Positions 7,857 to 16,050 of a stretch of 16,093 nucleotides of DNA are shown here, in pieces. The stretch's first letter is position 1, and the number at the start of each line of letters is the position of its first letter. The position numbers and the translations under genes are program-made. The stretch is from Candidatus Zixiibacteriota bacterium. GTDB lineage: Bacteria; Zixibacteria; MSB-5A5; WJJR01. The stretch is from assembly GCA_036170655.1 (NCBI GenBank), contig JAVHPP010000183.1:8372-24464 (forward strand), in the 5' to 3' direction. A model generated the notes under the pieces. It worked only from the letters and a program-made list of their open reading frames with translations, did no database searches and was not told where the DNA came from.

Positions 7857-7923
7857 CCTCGACTGTCGGCGGTTGTCAGCGGTCGTAATCGTGACGTGTG
7901 ACTGCGCGTAGAAGGAGGGACGA

Positions 7924-10785
7924 ATGAACAGGGTGTTGATTGGGAGAGTGACGGACCAGGGAATATGGCCGAGCAGGGCCCTCAAAATCATCGCGATGGT
8001 CGTGCTTCCTATTATAGTGGCGCTCTGCACCGGCCACCACGCAGTGGCCAATATCAACATCGGCCAGATTTCCGGGACGATCCTCGACGAGAAGACTGGA
8101 GACGCGATCGCCGGAGCGAGTGTTCTTGTCGAAGGAACAACAACCGGAGCAGCCTGTGACATAGATGGGCACTACACCATTCGGAACGTTCCCGCTGGGA
8201 CCTGCACGCTTCTGATCTCAGGTCTCGGCTATACCAGCAAGAGAATCACGAATGTCGTGGTCCAAACGGGACAATCGGCTGTCGTCGATGCAACGCTCCC
8301 CGCGGCTCTTGTCGAGATGAAGCCGGTTGAAGTCACAGCAGATCGCGCGAGGGGCACAGAGTCATCGCTTCTGATCAAACGCCGGACGGCGGTGAATGTG
8401 GTTGATGGGGTTTCGGCGGAGATGATCCGCAAGAGTGGCGACGCCAACGCGGGCGATGTACTTCGCCGCGTGACGGGTGTCTCAGTGGTGGACGGCCGCA
8501 GCCTCGTTGTGAGAGGAATGGGAGGGCGCTACTCAAACGTCCGGCTCAATGGCGCGACTCTCCCCAGCCCGGAACCGGAGCGTCGTGAAGTGCCACTCGA
8601 TCTTTTCCCCAGCGGCCTCTTGCAGGAAGTTATGACGGCCAAGACCTACACTCCCGATCAATCTGGTAGTTTCTGCGGAGGCGTGGTTGATATGGCGACC
8701 CGGGAATTCCCCAACAAGTGGACGCTGAGCTTCTCGACCACCTCCTCGTATGGCACCACGACCACCGGCAAGCAGCATCTGTCGTCCGGGGATGGGCAGA
8801 AGCAATTCCTGGGTCTCGACATGGGCATTGACGATGGCAGCCGGAGCCTTCCGAGCGCGATCAAGGACAACCCCGGCTGGGCGAATAACGACAGTACGCG
8901 GCAGGCTGCTGGATGGGCACTCGCCAAACGGCGATGGACACCGAGGCGTGCGGGAACTCCTGTCAACGGTGGTTGCAGCCTCAATATCGGCAACCGCCTG
9001 GATCTGGGCGGCCAGAGAGAACTCGGGTTCGTGGCGTCGTGGACCTACAGCAACACATATCGGAGCACGCGAGAACACTACGCGGAGTGGGACGGTAGTC
9101 GGCCGAGCTTGGACTACAACGTCGAGCGTGGCGTGCAATCCGTGCTCTGGGGGGGGCTGGTTAGCTCCACTTTGAAATTGTCCGACAACCACAAACTTTC
9201 TCTGATAGGCATGCTCAACCAGTCCGGAGAGGATGAAGCGCGCCAAGCCACCGGGTACGATGTGTACTCGGAGAACAGCGTGGAGGAGACGCGTCTGCGG
9301 TTCCTGAGTCGCAAGATCTCGTCCTTTCAGGTGTCGGGCGACCATAATCTCTCCTGGCTGGCGCATTCTGCCATTCACTGGAGGGCGTCGACCTCCGGGG
9401 CCGGACGAAACGAACCCGGCAATCGCTCCAACCTCTACCTGCTCAACGCTGATGCTGTGCCCGGTGACACGATCCGCATGTGGTATCATACGGGGTATTC
9501 CGGCAGTAACATCTACACGGACCTGAAAGACGGTGATGCTCAGTTTGCTCTCGACTGGACTGTACCCCTGTCGCGGACCGGCACACGACTGAAATTCGGG
9601 GCCATTCAGGATGCCAAGAGCCGTGACTTCCAAGCGTACCGCTACCTATTTGATAATAAGAGAGGACGTTCGAAGAACATCGGGCTCGCGGAAGACATCT
9701 TCGTGCAAGAGAACATCGGCCCAGGCAACGACCAATATCGCTTGGAGAATGGCACATTCGCCGACGATCACTACGATGCTAACGAGCATAACACGGCTTT
9801 CTACGTCATGGCGGACGTCGCGGTACAGCGTCGGGTCCGCTTCGCGGGCGGTGCGCGTTATGAGGATAACCTCATGCGGCTTAACTCGTTGGATCGCAAC
9901 TTCCCGATATCGGACCCCCGGTCACTGTTGAAAATCCGATCGGACTCCAGGGACTGGTTCCCCATGGCCAGTCTGATCTGGTCACTGTCCAATCGGATTA
10001 ATATCAGGGCGGTCGTCAGCCGCACGGTGGCCAGACCGGAGTACCGTGAGCTTTCGCCGTTTGCCTTCCAGGACTATGCCCTCGGGCCACTCACCGCCGG
10101 AAACCCAAACCTCAAGACCGCCTACATCACAAACTACGATCTCCGGTCGGAACTCTACCCACAACCCGGACAATTGCTCGCGGTGAGTGTCTTTTGGAAG
10201 ACGTTCAAGGACCCAATCGAACGTGTTGTGTCGCTGCTCTCAAGCGGCTCCCGGAACACCTTCACATTCGAGAATTCCGCAGCGGCCTCAAATCGCGGTG
10301 TGGAGTTCGAAGCGCGCAAATCCCTGGAGTTCCTTTCGCCCGCTCTCTCAGGCCTCACCTTGGGAGGGAACCTGACCTTCGTGCGCTCACAGGTGCGGAT
10401 CGTACAAGGCGGAGGGACTCTCAAGATCCGTCGCTCGCTCCATGGTCAGTCACCTTACATGATCAACACAGTTCTCACCTACACTTCCCCGCATGTCGGC
10501 ACTGAACTCTCTTTGCTGTACAACGCCTTTGGCGACCGTCTGGTCAGCATTGGCAGGTTCCCGACCGAGCCAATGTACGAAAAGACGCGACACCAGCTTG
10601 ATCTGACCTTCGGACAGAAACTCTGGCAGGGCTTGTCGCTCAAAGCAAGCGCCAAGAACTTGCTGGATGCACACTACCGCGTGACTCAGAAACAACTTCT
10701 GGGAGATTGGAAAGGGAAAGAGGCGCCGGTTCAAGACTACAGGCTTGGACTCATGTACGGGGTCGGGCTGACTTACTCGCTCTAA
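7924..10785 (+). CDS. TonB-dependent outer-membrane receptor with N-terminal carboxypeptidase-regulatory-like domain
   Basis: SD AAGGAGG and signal peptide. GQISGTILDEKTGDAIAGASVLVEGTTTGAACDIDGHYTI domain. Plug DAGDVLRRVTGVSV..VVRGMGGRYSNVRLNG..PLDLFP..KTYTPD. Barrel motifs SRTVARPEYRELSPF, GNPNLK, GVEFEARK and KASAKNLLD. Confidence 0.93.
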   Translation: MNRVLIGRVTDQGIWPSRALKIIAMVVLPIIVALCTGHHAVANINIGQISGTILDEKTGDAIAGASVLVEGTTTGAACDIDGHYTIRNVPAGTCTLLISGLGYTSKRITNVVVQTGQSAVVDATLPAALVEMKPVEVTADRARGTESSLLIKRRTAVNVVDGVSAEMIRKSGDANAGDVLRRVTGVSVVDGRSLVVRGMGGRYSNVRLNGATLPSPEPERREVPLDLFPSGLLQEVMTAKTYTPDQSGSFCGGVVDMATREFPNKWTLSFSTTSSYGTTTTGKQHLSSGDGQKQFLGLDMGIDDGSRSLPSAIKDNPGWANNDSTRQAAGWALAKRRWTPRRAGTPVNGGCSLNIGNRLDLGGQRELGFVASWTYSNTYRSTREHYAEWDGSRPSLDYNVERGVQSVLWGGLVSSTLKLSDNHKLSLIGMLNQSGEDEARQATGYDVYSENSVEETRLRFLSRKISSFQVSGDHNLSWLAHSAIHWRASTSGAGRNEPGNRSNLYLLNADAVPGDTIRMWYHTGYSGSNIYTDLKDGDAQFALDWTVPLSRTGTRLKFGAIQDAKSRDFQAYRYLFDNKRGRSKNIGLAEDIFVQENIGPGNDQYRLENGTFADDHYDANEHNTAFYVMADVAVQRRVRFAGGARYEDNLMRLNSLDRNFPISDPRSLLKIRSDSRDWFPMASLIWSLSNRINIRAVVSRTVARPEYRELSPFAFQDYALGPLTAGNPNLKTAYITNYDLRSELYPQPGQLLAVSVFWKTFKDPIERVVSLLSSGSRNTFTFENSAAASNRGVEFEARKSLEFLSPALSGLTLGGNLTFVRSQVRIVQGGGTLKIRRSLHGQSPYMINTVLTYTSPHVGTELSLLYNAFGDRLVSIGRFPTEPMYEKTRHQLDLTFGQKLWQGLSLKASAKNLLDAHYRVTQKQLLGDWKGKEAPVQDYRLGLMYGVGLTYSL

Positions 10786-10811
10786 GCCATAGTACAGTGG
10801 GAAGAAGAGAC

Positions 10812-10844
10812 GGGCCGTGCAGACGCGCGGTCCTCTTTTCTTTT
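10812..10844 (+). terminator. Rho-independent terminator after the TonB-dependent receptor
   Basis: Stem GGGCCGTGC-AGAC-GCGCGGTCC (9 bp including G-U pairs) followed by TCTTTTCTTTT. A purine-rich tract before the stem could make it bidirectional. Confidence 0.7.
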
Positions 10845-10947
10845 GGCAAGTTAGTGGGGTGGGATGCAACCGGAGGCTGGTCGCGCGGGGGATGCGCCGC
10901 GAGCGGACGACCCAGTCACCGCCGCGGCGCGGAGCGCTGGTTAGGAA

Positions 10948-11250
10948 TCAGGCGTATTCTATAGCAAGAACATCCTGTGACACCGCCCAGAGAGTGTCGA
11001 CCGCTCCCACGGGCTGCAGATCTTCCGAACAACACCCGCTGGATTCGCAGTCTCTGTCCTGGAATACGTCGGGCAGAAGGGAGTATTCGTCTGCCAGGAT
11101 CAGGTTGACCACTCGAATGAACTCAGGGGTTGTCAACTGTTGAAGGGATAGAGCATGCCAATCCATTTTCGCCGATCGCTTGGACTTTGACATAAGCTTC
11201 CTGATCCGCGAGTTTGACAAGACATGCGCTCTGCCTTTGGAGCCGCTCAT
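10948..11250 (-). CDS. Small hypothetical protein (basic N-terminus, acidic Cys-containing C-terminus)
   Basis: Strong SD GAGGAG 5 nt before ATG, 23 bp downstream of the co-oriented lipoprotein. No family recognised. Confidence 0.5.
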   Translation of the reverse strand: MSGSKGRAHVLSNSRIRKLMSKSKRSAKMDWHALSLQQLTTPEFIRVVNLILADEYSLLPDVFQDRDCESSGCCSEDLQPVGAVDTLWAVSQDVLAIEYA

Positions 11251-11273
11251 CGTTTCTCCTCTCCGAGTGGCAA

Positions 11274-11798
11274 TCAGTCTCTGATACTGACGAGCTTGTA
11301 GCGACCATTGTTCTCCACAATCGAACCAAAGATGGGAAGGACGAACTCCGCTCCGGTGGAATCGCGTACCGTCACTTCAGTCCCTCGATGTGCAACGATG
11401 GGTCCAAACACCTTGTCCGGTCGAGTGAACCTCACCCGAACAAGTGAGAAGCGCTTGCCGCCGTAATCGTATAATGCGCGCCGAATCCCCTTGATGTTGT
11501 TTTGCTCCAGCAGGTACCAGGCCATCCCCATATCGCGTTCCACGCCGGGCGCCGGCGCCGGCATCTGCGGGACGAGCAGCGAGTCGTGCTCGAACTGCGT
11601 TAGCCTGAGGCGTTGTAGTGCAAGAGTATCGTTGCTTGCGAGGGCATCGAGGGTCCTCTGGCACACTTCCTCCGGAGATTCCATGGTGTTGGTAAGCCGG
11701 GACTCCTGTTCCCCACAGCCGACAAGGCCCCCTAAGCCAAACATCAGGCAGAGAATTCCCGGGAGACCTTGGAGCGGCATTGGCAAGATTGTTCTCAT
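11274..11798 (-). CDS. Lipoprotein of unknown function
   Basis: SD GAGGT. Hydrophobic signal ending in lipobox LVG-C. Globular-looking 174-aa sequence. Confidence 0.8.
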   Translation of the reverse strand: MRTILPMPLQGLPGILCLMFGLGGLVGCGEQESRLTNTMESPEEVCQRTLDALASNDTLALQRLRLTQFEHDSLLVPQMPAPAPGVERDMGMAWYLLEQNNIKGIRRALYDYGGKRFSLVRVRFTRPDKVFGPIVAHRGTEVTVRDSTGAEFVLPIFGSIVENNGRYKLVSIRD

Positions 11799-11960
11799 AT
11801 CAACCTCGACTGCAGCAGGCGGTGGACCGCTTTGATTTGATACGACACCGCCCCAGGGCGGGGGGCCACTCCGGGACGTTGTCTGGCAACTCAGTCACCA
11901 CTGGTTTATCTGCTACTTCAGCTGCGTTCACCTAAGCACCGCGCCTCCCGCAGTGTAGTT

Positions 11961-13589
11961 CTAGTGTTCGTCGAAGTTCGTCCATCCGGCGTACCACGGC
12001 GAGGGGTCCGTCGCACTCACGCAACCCAGAAAAGTCGCGGTGGGATCGAAGAACCCGTCACTGGGAGGAGTGGCGCCGATCGCCACATCAAGGCCGATCG
12101 GATTGCCGGGAGTGATCGGACGAAAATCGGGGAACCCGAGATCGCCATAAGAAGCGGCCCCGAGTACCGGCGCCAACGCCGGGTTGGCAGTCGGATTGAG
12201 GTACAGTTGGTTGTGGTACTTTGCCGGGTTATTCTTGAACTCATTCCCGAGCGAGTCGGCATCATCAGCCCACTTTCCGCAGTCATACCAGACCGAGTAG
12301 CCGACAAAGATCGAGTCGGCCGCGATCAGCCGCGCCGTGGGGGTGTTATCAAAGTCCACCGCCGACTTGAAGCGCGTCCAAACCGTGTTGAAGATTTGGC
12401 CGGCCGCGCCGCGACGGAGGTGGACGCCCTGGTTCGACACCGCCGCGAATTCATGGCCCATACCAACGTGGGTTGTGTTGTAGACCGTCGGCATCATGCG
12501 CGGGAGGTCATCGTGCTCGGTCGCCGGGTCTGGATGATTGTCCCACTCAAATGACTGGTGATTGAGCGAGGTCCCGTGATTCCGATCCTGGACCGCGAGC
12601 AGGAATTGTCCCTTCCACTGCGCGCCAATGTCGCTGTCAAAACTGTCGTCGTCGAAATCAGACACGATCGCATGCTTGATATTGACCGTACCGCCGAACC
12701 ACTCGATTCCATCATCGGCGCTGCCGTTGCACTGGATGTAGTCCATGGTGGTGCCGCGCCCGACGCAGTTGAGTGTAAAGCCGTTCAGTTCGTTGTCGAG
12801 TGAAAACTCGCGACCGGAGAATTCCTCGCGCAGGTACACGAAGCAGCCGCTGTTGTCATCCGGGATGTTGCCGCCACCGATCCCCACGTTCAGCCCGCCC
12901 TCGGTGCTGTACATGTAGGTGGGACGGTTGTTGTTCGGGGCGGCGCCATTGATGACAAATCCACCCCAGTCACTGCGGTTCCTTTGTCCTGCGGGCATCA
13001 TGCTTGTGAAGACGATCGGGCTGGCCGGCGTGCCAACGGCCAGCACGAACCCTGTGCGGCGGATGACGATTGCCGACGGCGTCGACAGGGAGGTATCTCC
13101 CTGAACCACGGTGCCCGGGGGGATGACCAACGTGTCGGTTTTCGGGCAGACACTGACTGTGCCCATGCTCCCGTTCACGGCATCGGTCCCAATCGAGAAC
13201 ACCCCGTAAATCCGGTACTGAATGGAATCGTCCTTAACCAACTGCCACCTCCCGGCGCCGATCCGGCCGGTGAGGGCGTAGACGCGCGACGGGAACACCG
13301 CCGGAGCGCCTGAGAACGCAACGTCGACGGTCGTAACCACATCGAGAACGTCTGGGGCGCCGTCGCCATTGAGGTCGTCGGATCCCAGATATCTGGAAAG
13401 AGAGGCCCCATTGAACGCAATATCGACGATCCCGACCACGTCCAATACATCGATGCCGAAATCTCCATTCACATCCCCGATCGTCGTTGCCGATGCTGGG
13501 TCACACACAGCATGGACGTTCGACGAGGAGAGGATGCTCGCGAAGATGATTCCGACCAGTGCAATAGTTCGTTTGACACGATCTGACAT
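11961..13589 (-). CDS. Secreted protein: N-terminal type-I dockerin plus a beta-helix-like domain of the kind found beside TonB-dependent receptors
   Basis: SD AAGGAG and signal peptide (VHA/V). Two dockerin repeats GDVNGDFGIDVLDV and DDLNGDGAPDVLDV. Family motifs PIVFTS, WGGFVINGAAPNN, DDNSG, NELNGFTL..VGRGT, DDGIEWFGGTVN, DDSFDSDIG and C-terminal WYAGWTNF. Confidence 0.88.
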   Translation of the reverse strand: MSDRVKRTIALVGIIFASILSSSNVHAVCDPASATTIGDVNGDFGIDVLDVVGIVDIAFNGASLSRYLGSDDLNGDGAPDVLDVVTTVDVAFSGAPAVFPSRVYALTGRIGAGRWQLVKDDSIQYRIYGVFSIGTDAVNGSMGTVSVCPKTDTLVIPPGTVVQGDTSLSTPSAIVIRRTGFVLAVGTPASPIVFTSMMPAGQRNRSDWGGFVINGAAPNNNRPTYMYSTEGGLNVGIGGGNIPDDNSGCFVYLREEFSGREFSLDNELNGFTLNCVGRGTTMDYIQCNGSADDGIEWFGGTVNIKHAIVSDFDDDSFDSDIGAQWKGQFLLAVQDRNHGTSLNHQSFEWDNHPDPATEHDDLPRMMPTVYNTTHVGMGHEFAAVSNQGVHLRRGAAGQIFNTVWTRFKSAVDFDNTPTARLIAADSIFVGYSVWYDCGKWADDADSLGNEFKNNPAKYHNQLYLNPTANPALAPVLGAASYGDLGFPDFRPITPGNPIGLDVAIGATPPSDGFFDPTATFLGCVSATDPSPWYAGWTNFDEH

Positions 13590-13737
13590 GAGATCTCCTT
13601 CTTGGGCATCAGCCCGGGTTTGGGTTCACTGCAGTGACCTCCCTTTTGGGGTGGCCACTTGGGACACACGCATTCGCCTAGCGCGGCGGACGGGCTGTGT
13701 TTTCACAGCCTGTCGAGCCAGAAGATGTGGGGAGAGA

Positions 13738-13775
13738 ATTATGAGCGAATTGTGCCCCAGTTAAGCTTTGGTAAA
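13738..13775 (-). promoter_or_regulatory. Pho-box-like repeats and -10 element for the dockerin-protein unit
   Basis: On the - strand, TTTACC (13775-13770) and TTAACT (13764-13759) at 11-bp period. CATAAT at 13743-13738. Confidence 0.5.
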
Positions 13776-14008
13776 AAGTTGATCCGCGCAGGATTCCACG
13801 AGAACTTCTGCGAGTGCCCCTCCGGCACCGCTGGATTCCAGTGGCGAGCGAAAGGGATCCGCACGCAGGCCCGGGCGTTGTGTGCTTCAGTTCGGCGCCT
13901 GCGCGAATACGGGTCGAAACGAGTGAGGCTCAGAGAGTTTGGGTTTGTCGGCCATCAGGACCCGCGCGAAGCCCAACGAGATGCCGTTCCATGAGAATTT
14001 GCTGATTC

Positions 14009-14067
14009 TTAATGTTGCCTTCACATGGCCATAACAGCGGACCCGCATGTTCTGTCATGTCTGTAAT
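14009..14067 (+). promoter_or_regulatory. Pho-box-like repeats upstream of the PhoB-like regulator (possible autoregulation)
   Basis: TTAATG (14009), TTCACA (14020) and ATAACA (14031) at 11-bp period. CTGTCAT (14052) and CTGTAAT (14061) follow downstream. Confidence 0.55.
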
Positions 14068-14103
14068 GGATCGAGTCCGCGAAGAGAGTCGAGCTGAGCG
14101 CCA

Positions 14104-14808
14104 ATGACGATGGAATCTTCCAAGAGAATTATGGTGGTAGAGGACGAGAGGGACATCGGGGAACTGGTGCTTCGATACTTTCAGAAGGAAGGATTCACGG
14201 CCTATCGAATCGGCGACGGCCGTACCGCACTGGCGCGTGCCGAAGCAGAGTTGCCCGATTTGGTTATCCTCGATTTGATGCTGCCCGGAATGGACGGCCT
14301 TGAGATCGTACGACGACTGCGCCAGAACGACCGTACCATGCTATTGCCGATCATCATGATGACTGCCAAGGGAGAGGAGAGCGATAAGCTCATCGGCTTG
14401 GAGACTGGGGCAGACGACTACATTGCCAAGCCGTTTTCATTGAAGGAACTCGTGGCCCGTGTCAAGTCCCTGCTGCGGCGGGTAGAACGAAGCGACACTG
14501 CGCCTGTAGCCTATCAGTACGGAACGTTGTCACTGGATCGCAGCCGGTTCGAAATTGCAGTTGATGGCATTCCAGTTGATCTGACCAACAAGGAGTTCGG
14601 GCTGTTGGAGGCGTTCCTTCGCAACCGAGGGCGCGTTCTCACTCGCGATTTTCTTCTCAATGCGGTTTGGGGAAACGCGGCCATGGAAATCGAGACCACT
14701 CGGACGATCGATGTCCATGTACACCATCTCCGCAAGAAGATGCCTCTTCTGGCCGAGACTATCGTGACAATCAAGGACATGGGCTACAAACTTCGCGAGA
14801 AGCCATGA
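14104..14808 (+). CDS. phoB: OmpR/PhoB-family response regulator, PhoB/PhoP-like; no cognate kinase in window
   Basis: IMVVEDE, PDLVILDLMLPGMDG, PIIMMTAKGEESDKLIGLETGADDYIAKPFS and winged helix LTNKEFGLL..RGRVLTRDFLLNAVWG..TRTIDVHVHHLRKK. PhoB identity is inferred from motifs and context. Alternative start 14110. Confidence 0.85.
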   Translation: MTMESSKRIMVVEDERDIGELVLRYFQKEGFTAYRIGDGRTALARAEAELPDLVILDLMLPGMDGLEIVRRLRQNDRTMLLPIIMMTAKGEESDKLIGLETGADDYIAKPFSLKELVARVKSLLRRVERSDTAPVAYQYGTLSLDRSRFEIAVDGIPVDLTNKEFGLLEAFLRNRGRVLTRDFLLNAVWGNAAMEIETTRTIDVHVHHLRKKMPLLAETIVTIKDMGYKLREKP

Positions 14809-14946
14809 GCGACGCACCTGCCACGCACCACCAGGTGCACCGACGGGCGGGTCTGGATTTTCTTGACGATCCAAAAGAGACTATCCGCCGGCGTCGCCGG
14901 TCTGGGGAGTGGCGAGACCTAGGGAGTCCTTTAATCCTCCCCACCG

Positions 14947-14993
14947 CTCATGGTGTCACCCACGGCGATCCGGAGCAGATATAAGGCTCCATG
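14947..14993 (+). repeat. 47-bp direct repeat, right copy
   Basis: CTCATGGTGTCACCCACGGCGATCCGGAGCAGATATAAGGCTCCATG, 45/47 identical to 7656-7702. Confidence 0.95.
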
Positions 14994-15385
14994 TGAACGG
15001 ACAGGGACGCCTTCTGCCCGGTCTCCGGTGCCGTTGCGGTCACCACGAAACTCACTCCGCCATAGCCGCATCCGGGGACGCCCGCTGGCAGGATAAGATT
15101 ACGCCCCCGCCAATCACTGTCGTCGAGGGGCAACCCTGTCTGGTGCCAGATCACCTGTGCGAGCCCGCTTTCTGAGAGACCGGCGGCAGACAAGACGAAT
15201 ACCGGATCGTCATTCGGATTCCACGTAATGACTCCACTGCCTTCACCCTGTGGAAGTACGATAGCCAGGCGCTCGGACGGACTCGTTGGTCGCTGGCTGC
15301 ATGATGACAGCACTATCATCGCGCTGCCGGCAAACAGCAGTGCGCGCATCGCCGCAATGTGAGTCTTCGAGCAGTTCAGTATCAT
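14948..15385 (-). CDS. Lipoprotein of unknown function (145 aa)
   Basis: ATG 15385 overlaps the upstream stop (ATGA). Signal ...RALLFAGSAMIVLSS-C carries a lipobox. The last 14 codons (MEPYICSGSPWVTP) and the stop lie in the 47-bp repeat. Confidence 0.7.
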   Translation of the reverse strand: MILNCSKTHIAAMRALLFAGSAMIVLSSCSQRPTSPSERLAIVLPQGEGSGVITWNPNDDPVFVLSAAGLSESGLAQVIWHQTGLPLDDSDWRGRNLILPAGVPGCGYGGVSFVVTATAPETGQKASLSVHMEPYICSGSPWVTP

Positions 15386-15903
15386 TGCCCCACCTTTCCT
15401 GACACCACGGCCATTCCGGAACGAATCTGCTTGAGAACCTGTGCCACATTTCCCAGACAACACGAACCTTGGGGATTCCGTACTTCGCAAGCGCACCGTC
15501 CGTCGTGCACGAGCGTTTTGATTTCTTCGGCAGCAGTCGATTCGCCTGTAAGGGCAATCTGTTTCCGGATCGACTGCTCGGAGTGCTGGAAGCAATAGCA
15601 GACCCAGACCGACGGGTCATCGGTTTTCTGCCACACCGGCGCCGTCACGTCTTCCGTTCGAAACGTCGATCCTGCGGCGTAGTACACGACGTCGCAGTCC
15701 GCGGAAGGACAGAAACGGTACGGGTTGCTGCTGAGACGTTTGAGCGCACTGGAAGTGAGCAGCGCCTTGAGGGTGATATGATCGACCACACGGCCCTTTT
15801 GCTGACAAGAGGGGCAGCCCGCCTTGGCAGATTCGCTTTGCGGCACGGCGCAACACTCTGCATCGGCTGTGGGCTGATCCTGGTTGGGTGTGCAACAGTC
15901 CAT
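15382..15903 (-). CDS. Cys-rich Zn/[2Fe-2S]-binding putative metallochaperone (CopZ N-terminal-domain-like)
   Basis: SD AAAGGAG 6 nt before ATG 15903. Motifs CPSCQQKG, YRFCPSADCDVVYY, VCYCF and CACEVRNPQGSCCLGNV, plus two extra N-terminal CC pairs. Confidence 0.88.
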   Translation of the reverse strand: MDCCTPNQDQPTADAECCAVPQSESAKAGCPSCQQKGRVVDHITLKALLTSSALKRLSSNPYRFCPSADCDVVYYAAGSTFRTEDVTAPVWQKTDDPSVWVCYCFQHSEQSIRKQIALTGESTAAEEIKTLVHDGRCACEVRNPQGSCCLGNVAQVLKQIRSGMAVVSGKVGQ

Positions 15904-15917
15904 ACGGAACTCCTTTG

Positions 15918-16050
15918 TTATAGGCCGGTGGTTCTCACAGGTGTTTGCGATGCGGCCTGCCGTGGCGTTGCCTGATATCCCGCCTTTTGCACAGCAGCGA
16001 TCAGGGAATCGACGGGCGGTCCATTGGGTGTCATTTTGAATGATCACCCG
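15918..16050 (-). pseudogene. Frameshifted remnant of an HMA (CopZ/MerP-like) domain
   Basis: RVIIQNDTQWTA in one frame joins, with a 1-nt shift near 16014, VDSLIAAVQKAGYQA...*. This resembles the last strand and helix of HMA domains. There are upstream stops and no CxxC. Confidence 0.5.

Larger units (their letters stand above)
7656..14993. mobile_element. Putative ~7.3 kb integrated island (phosphate-related cargo) bounded by 47-bp direct repeats; no integrase in window
   Basis: The flanking repeat duplicates the 3' ends of the two convergent flanking genes. The cargo is functionally unrelated to the flanks and has its own regulator and repeated boxes. Confidence 0.55.

Noticed and set aside
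1293..9633. Long antisense or alternate-frame ORFs (e.g. 1293-2036, 1978-2922, 6107-6985, 8533-9633)
   Set aside because: These are shadow ORFs of well-supported genes in GC-rich DNA and carry no motifs.
13632..13661. Leader hairpin upstream of the dockerin gene (and one at ~471-500) as a riboswitch
   Set aside because: These are single imperfect stems with no recognisable aptamer motifs.
7656..14993. 47-bp repeat pair as a DGR template/variable repeat or CRISPR repeats
   Set aside because: There are only two copies, 7.3 kb apart. The two mismatches are not both adenine-specific on one strand. No reverse transcriptase or cas genes are present.
14947..14993. Repeat as a tRNA/tmRNA 3' end (ACCA near its - strand end)
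   Set aside because: There is no TTC-containing T-arm or cloverleaf. The sequence is explained as overlapping CDS ends.
15904..16047. N-terminal extension of the metallochaperone to GTG 16047 (and of the lipoprotein to 15595)
   Set aside because: The strong SD at ATG 15903 and the ATGA coupling at 15385 give better starts.
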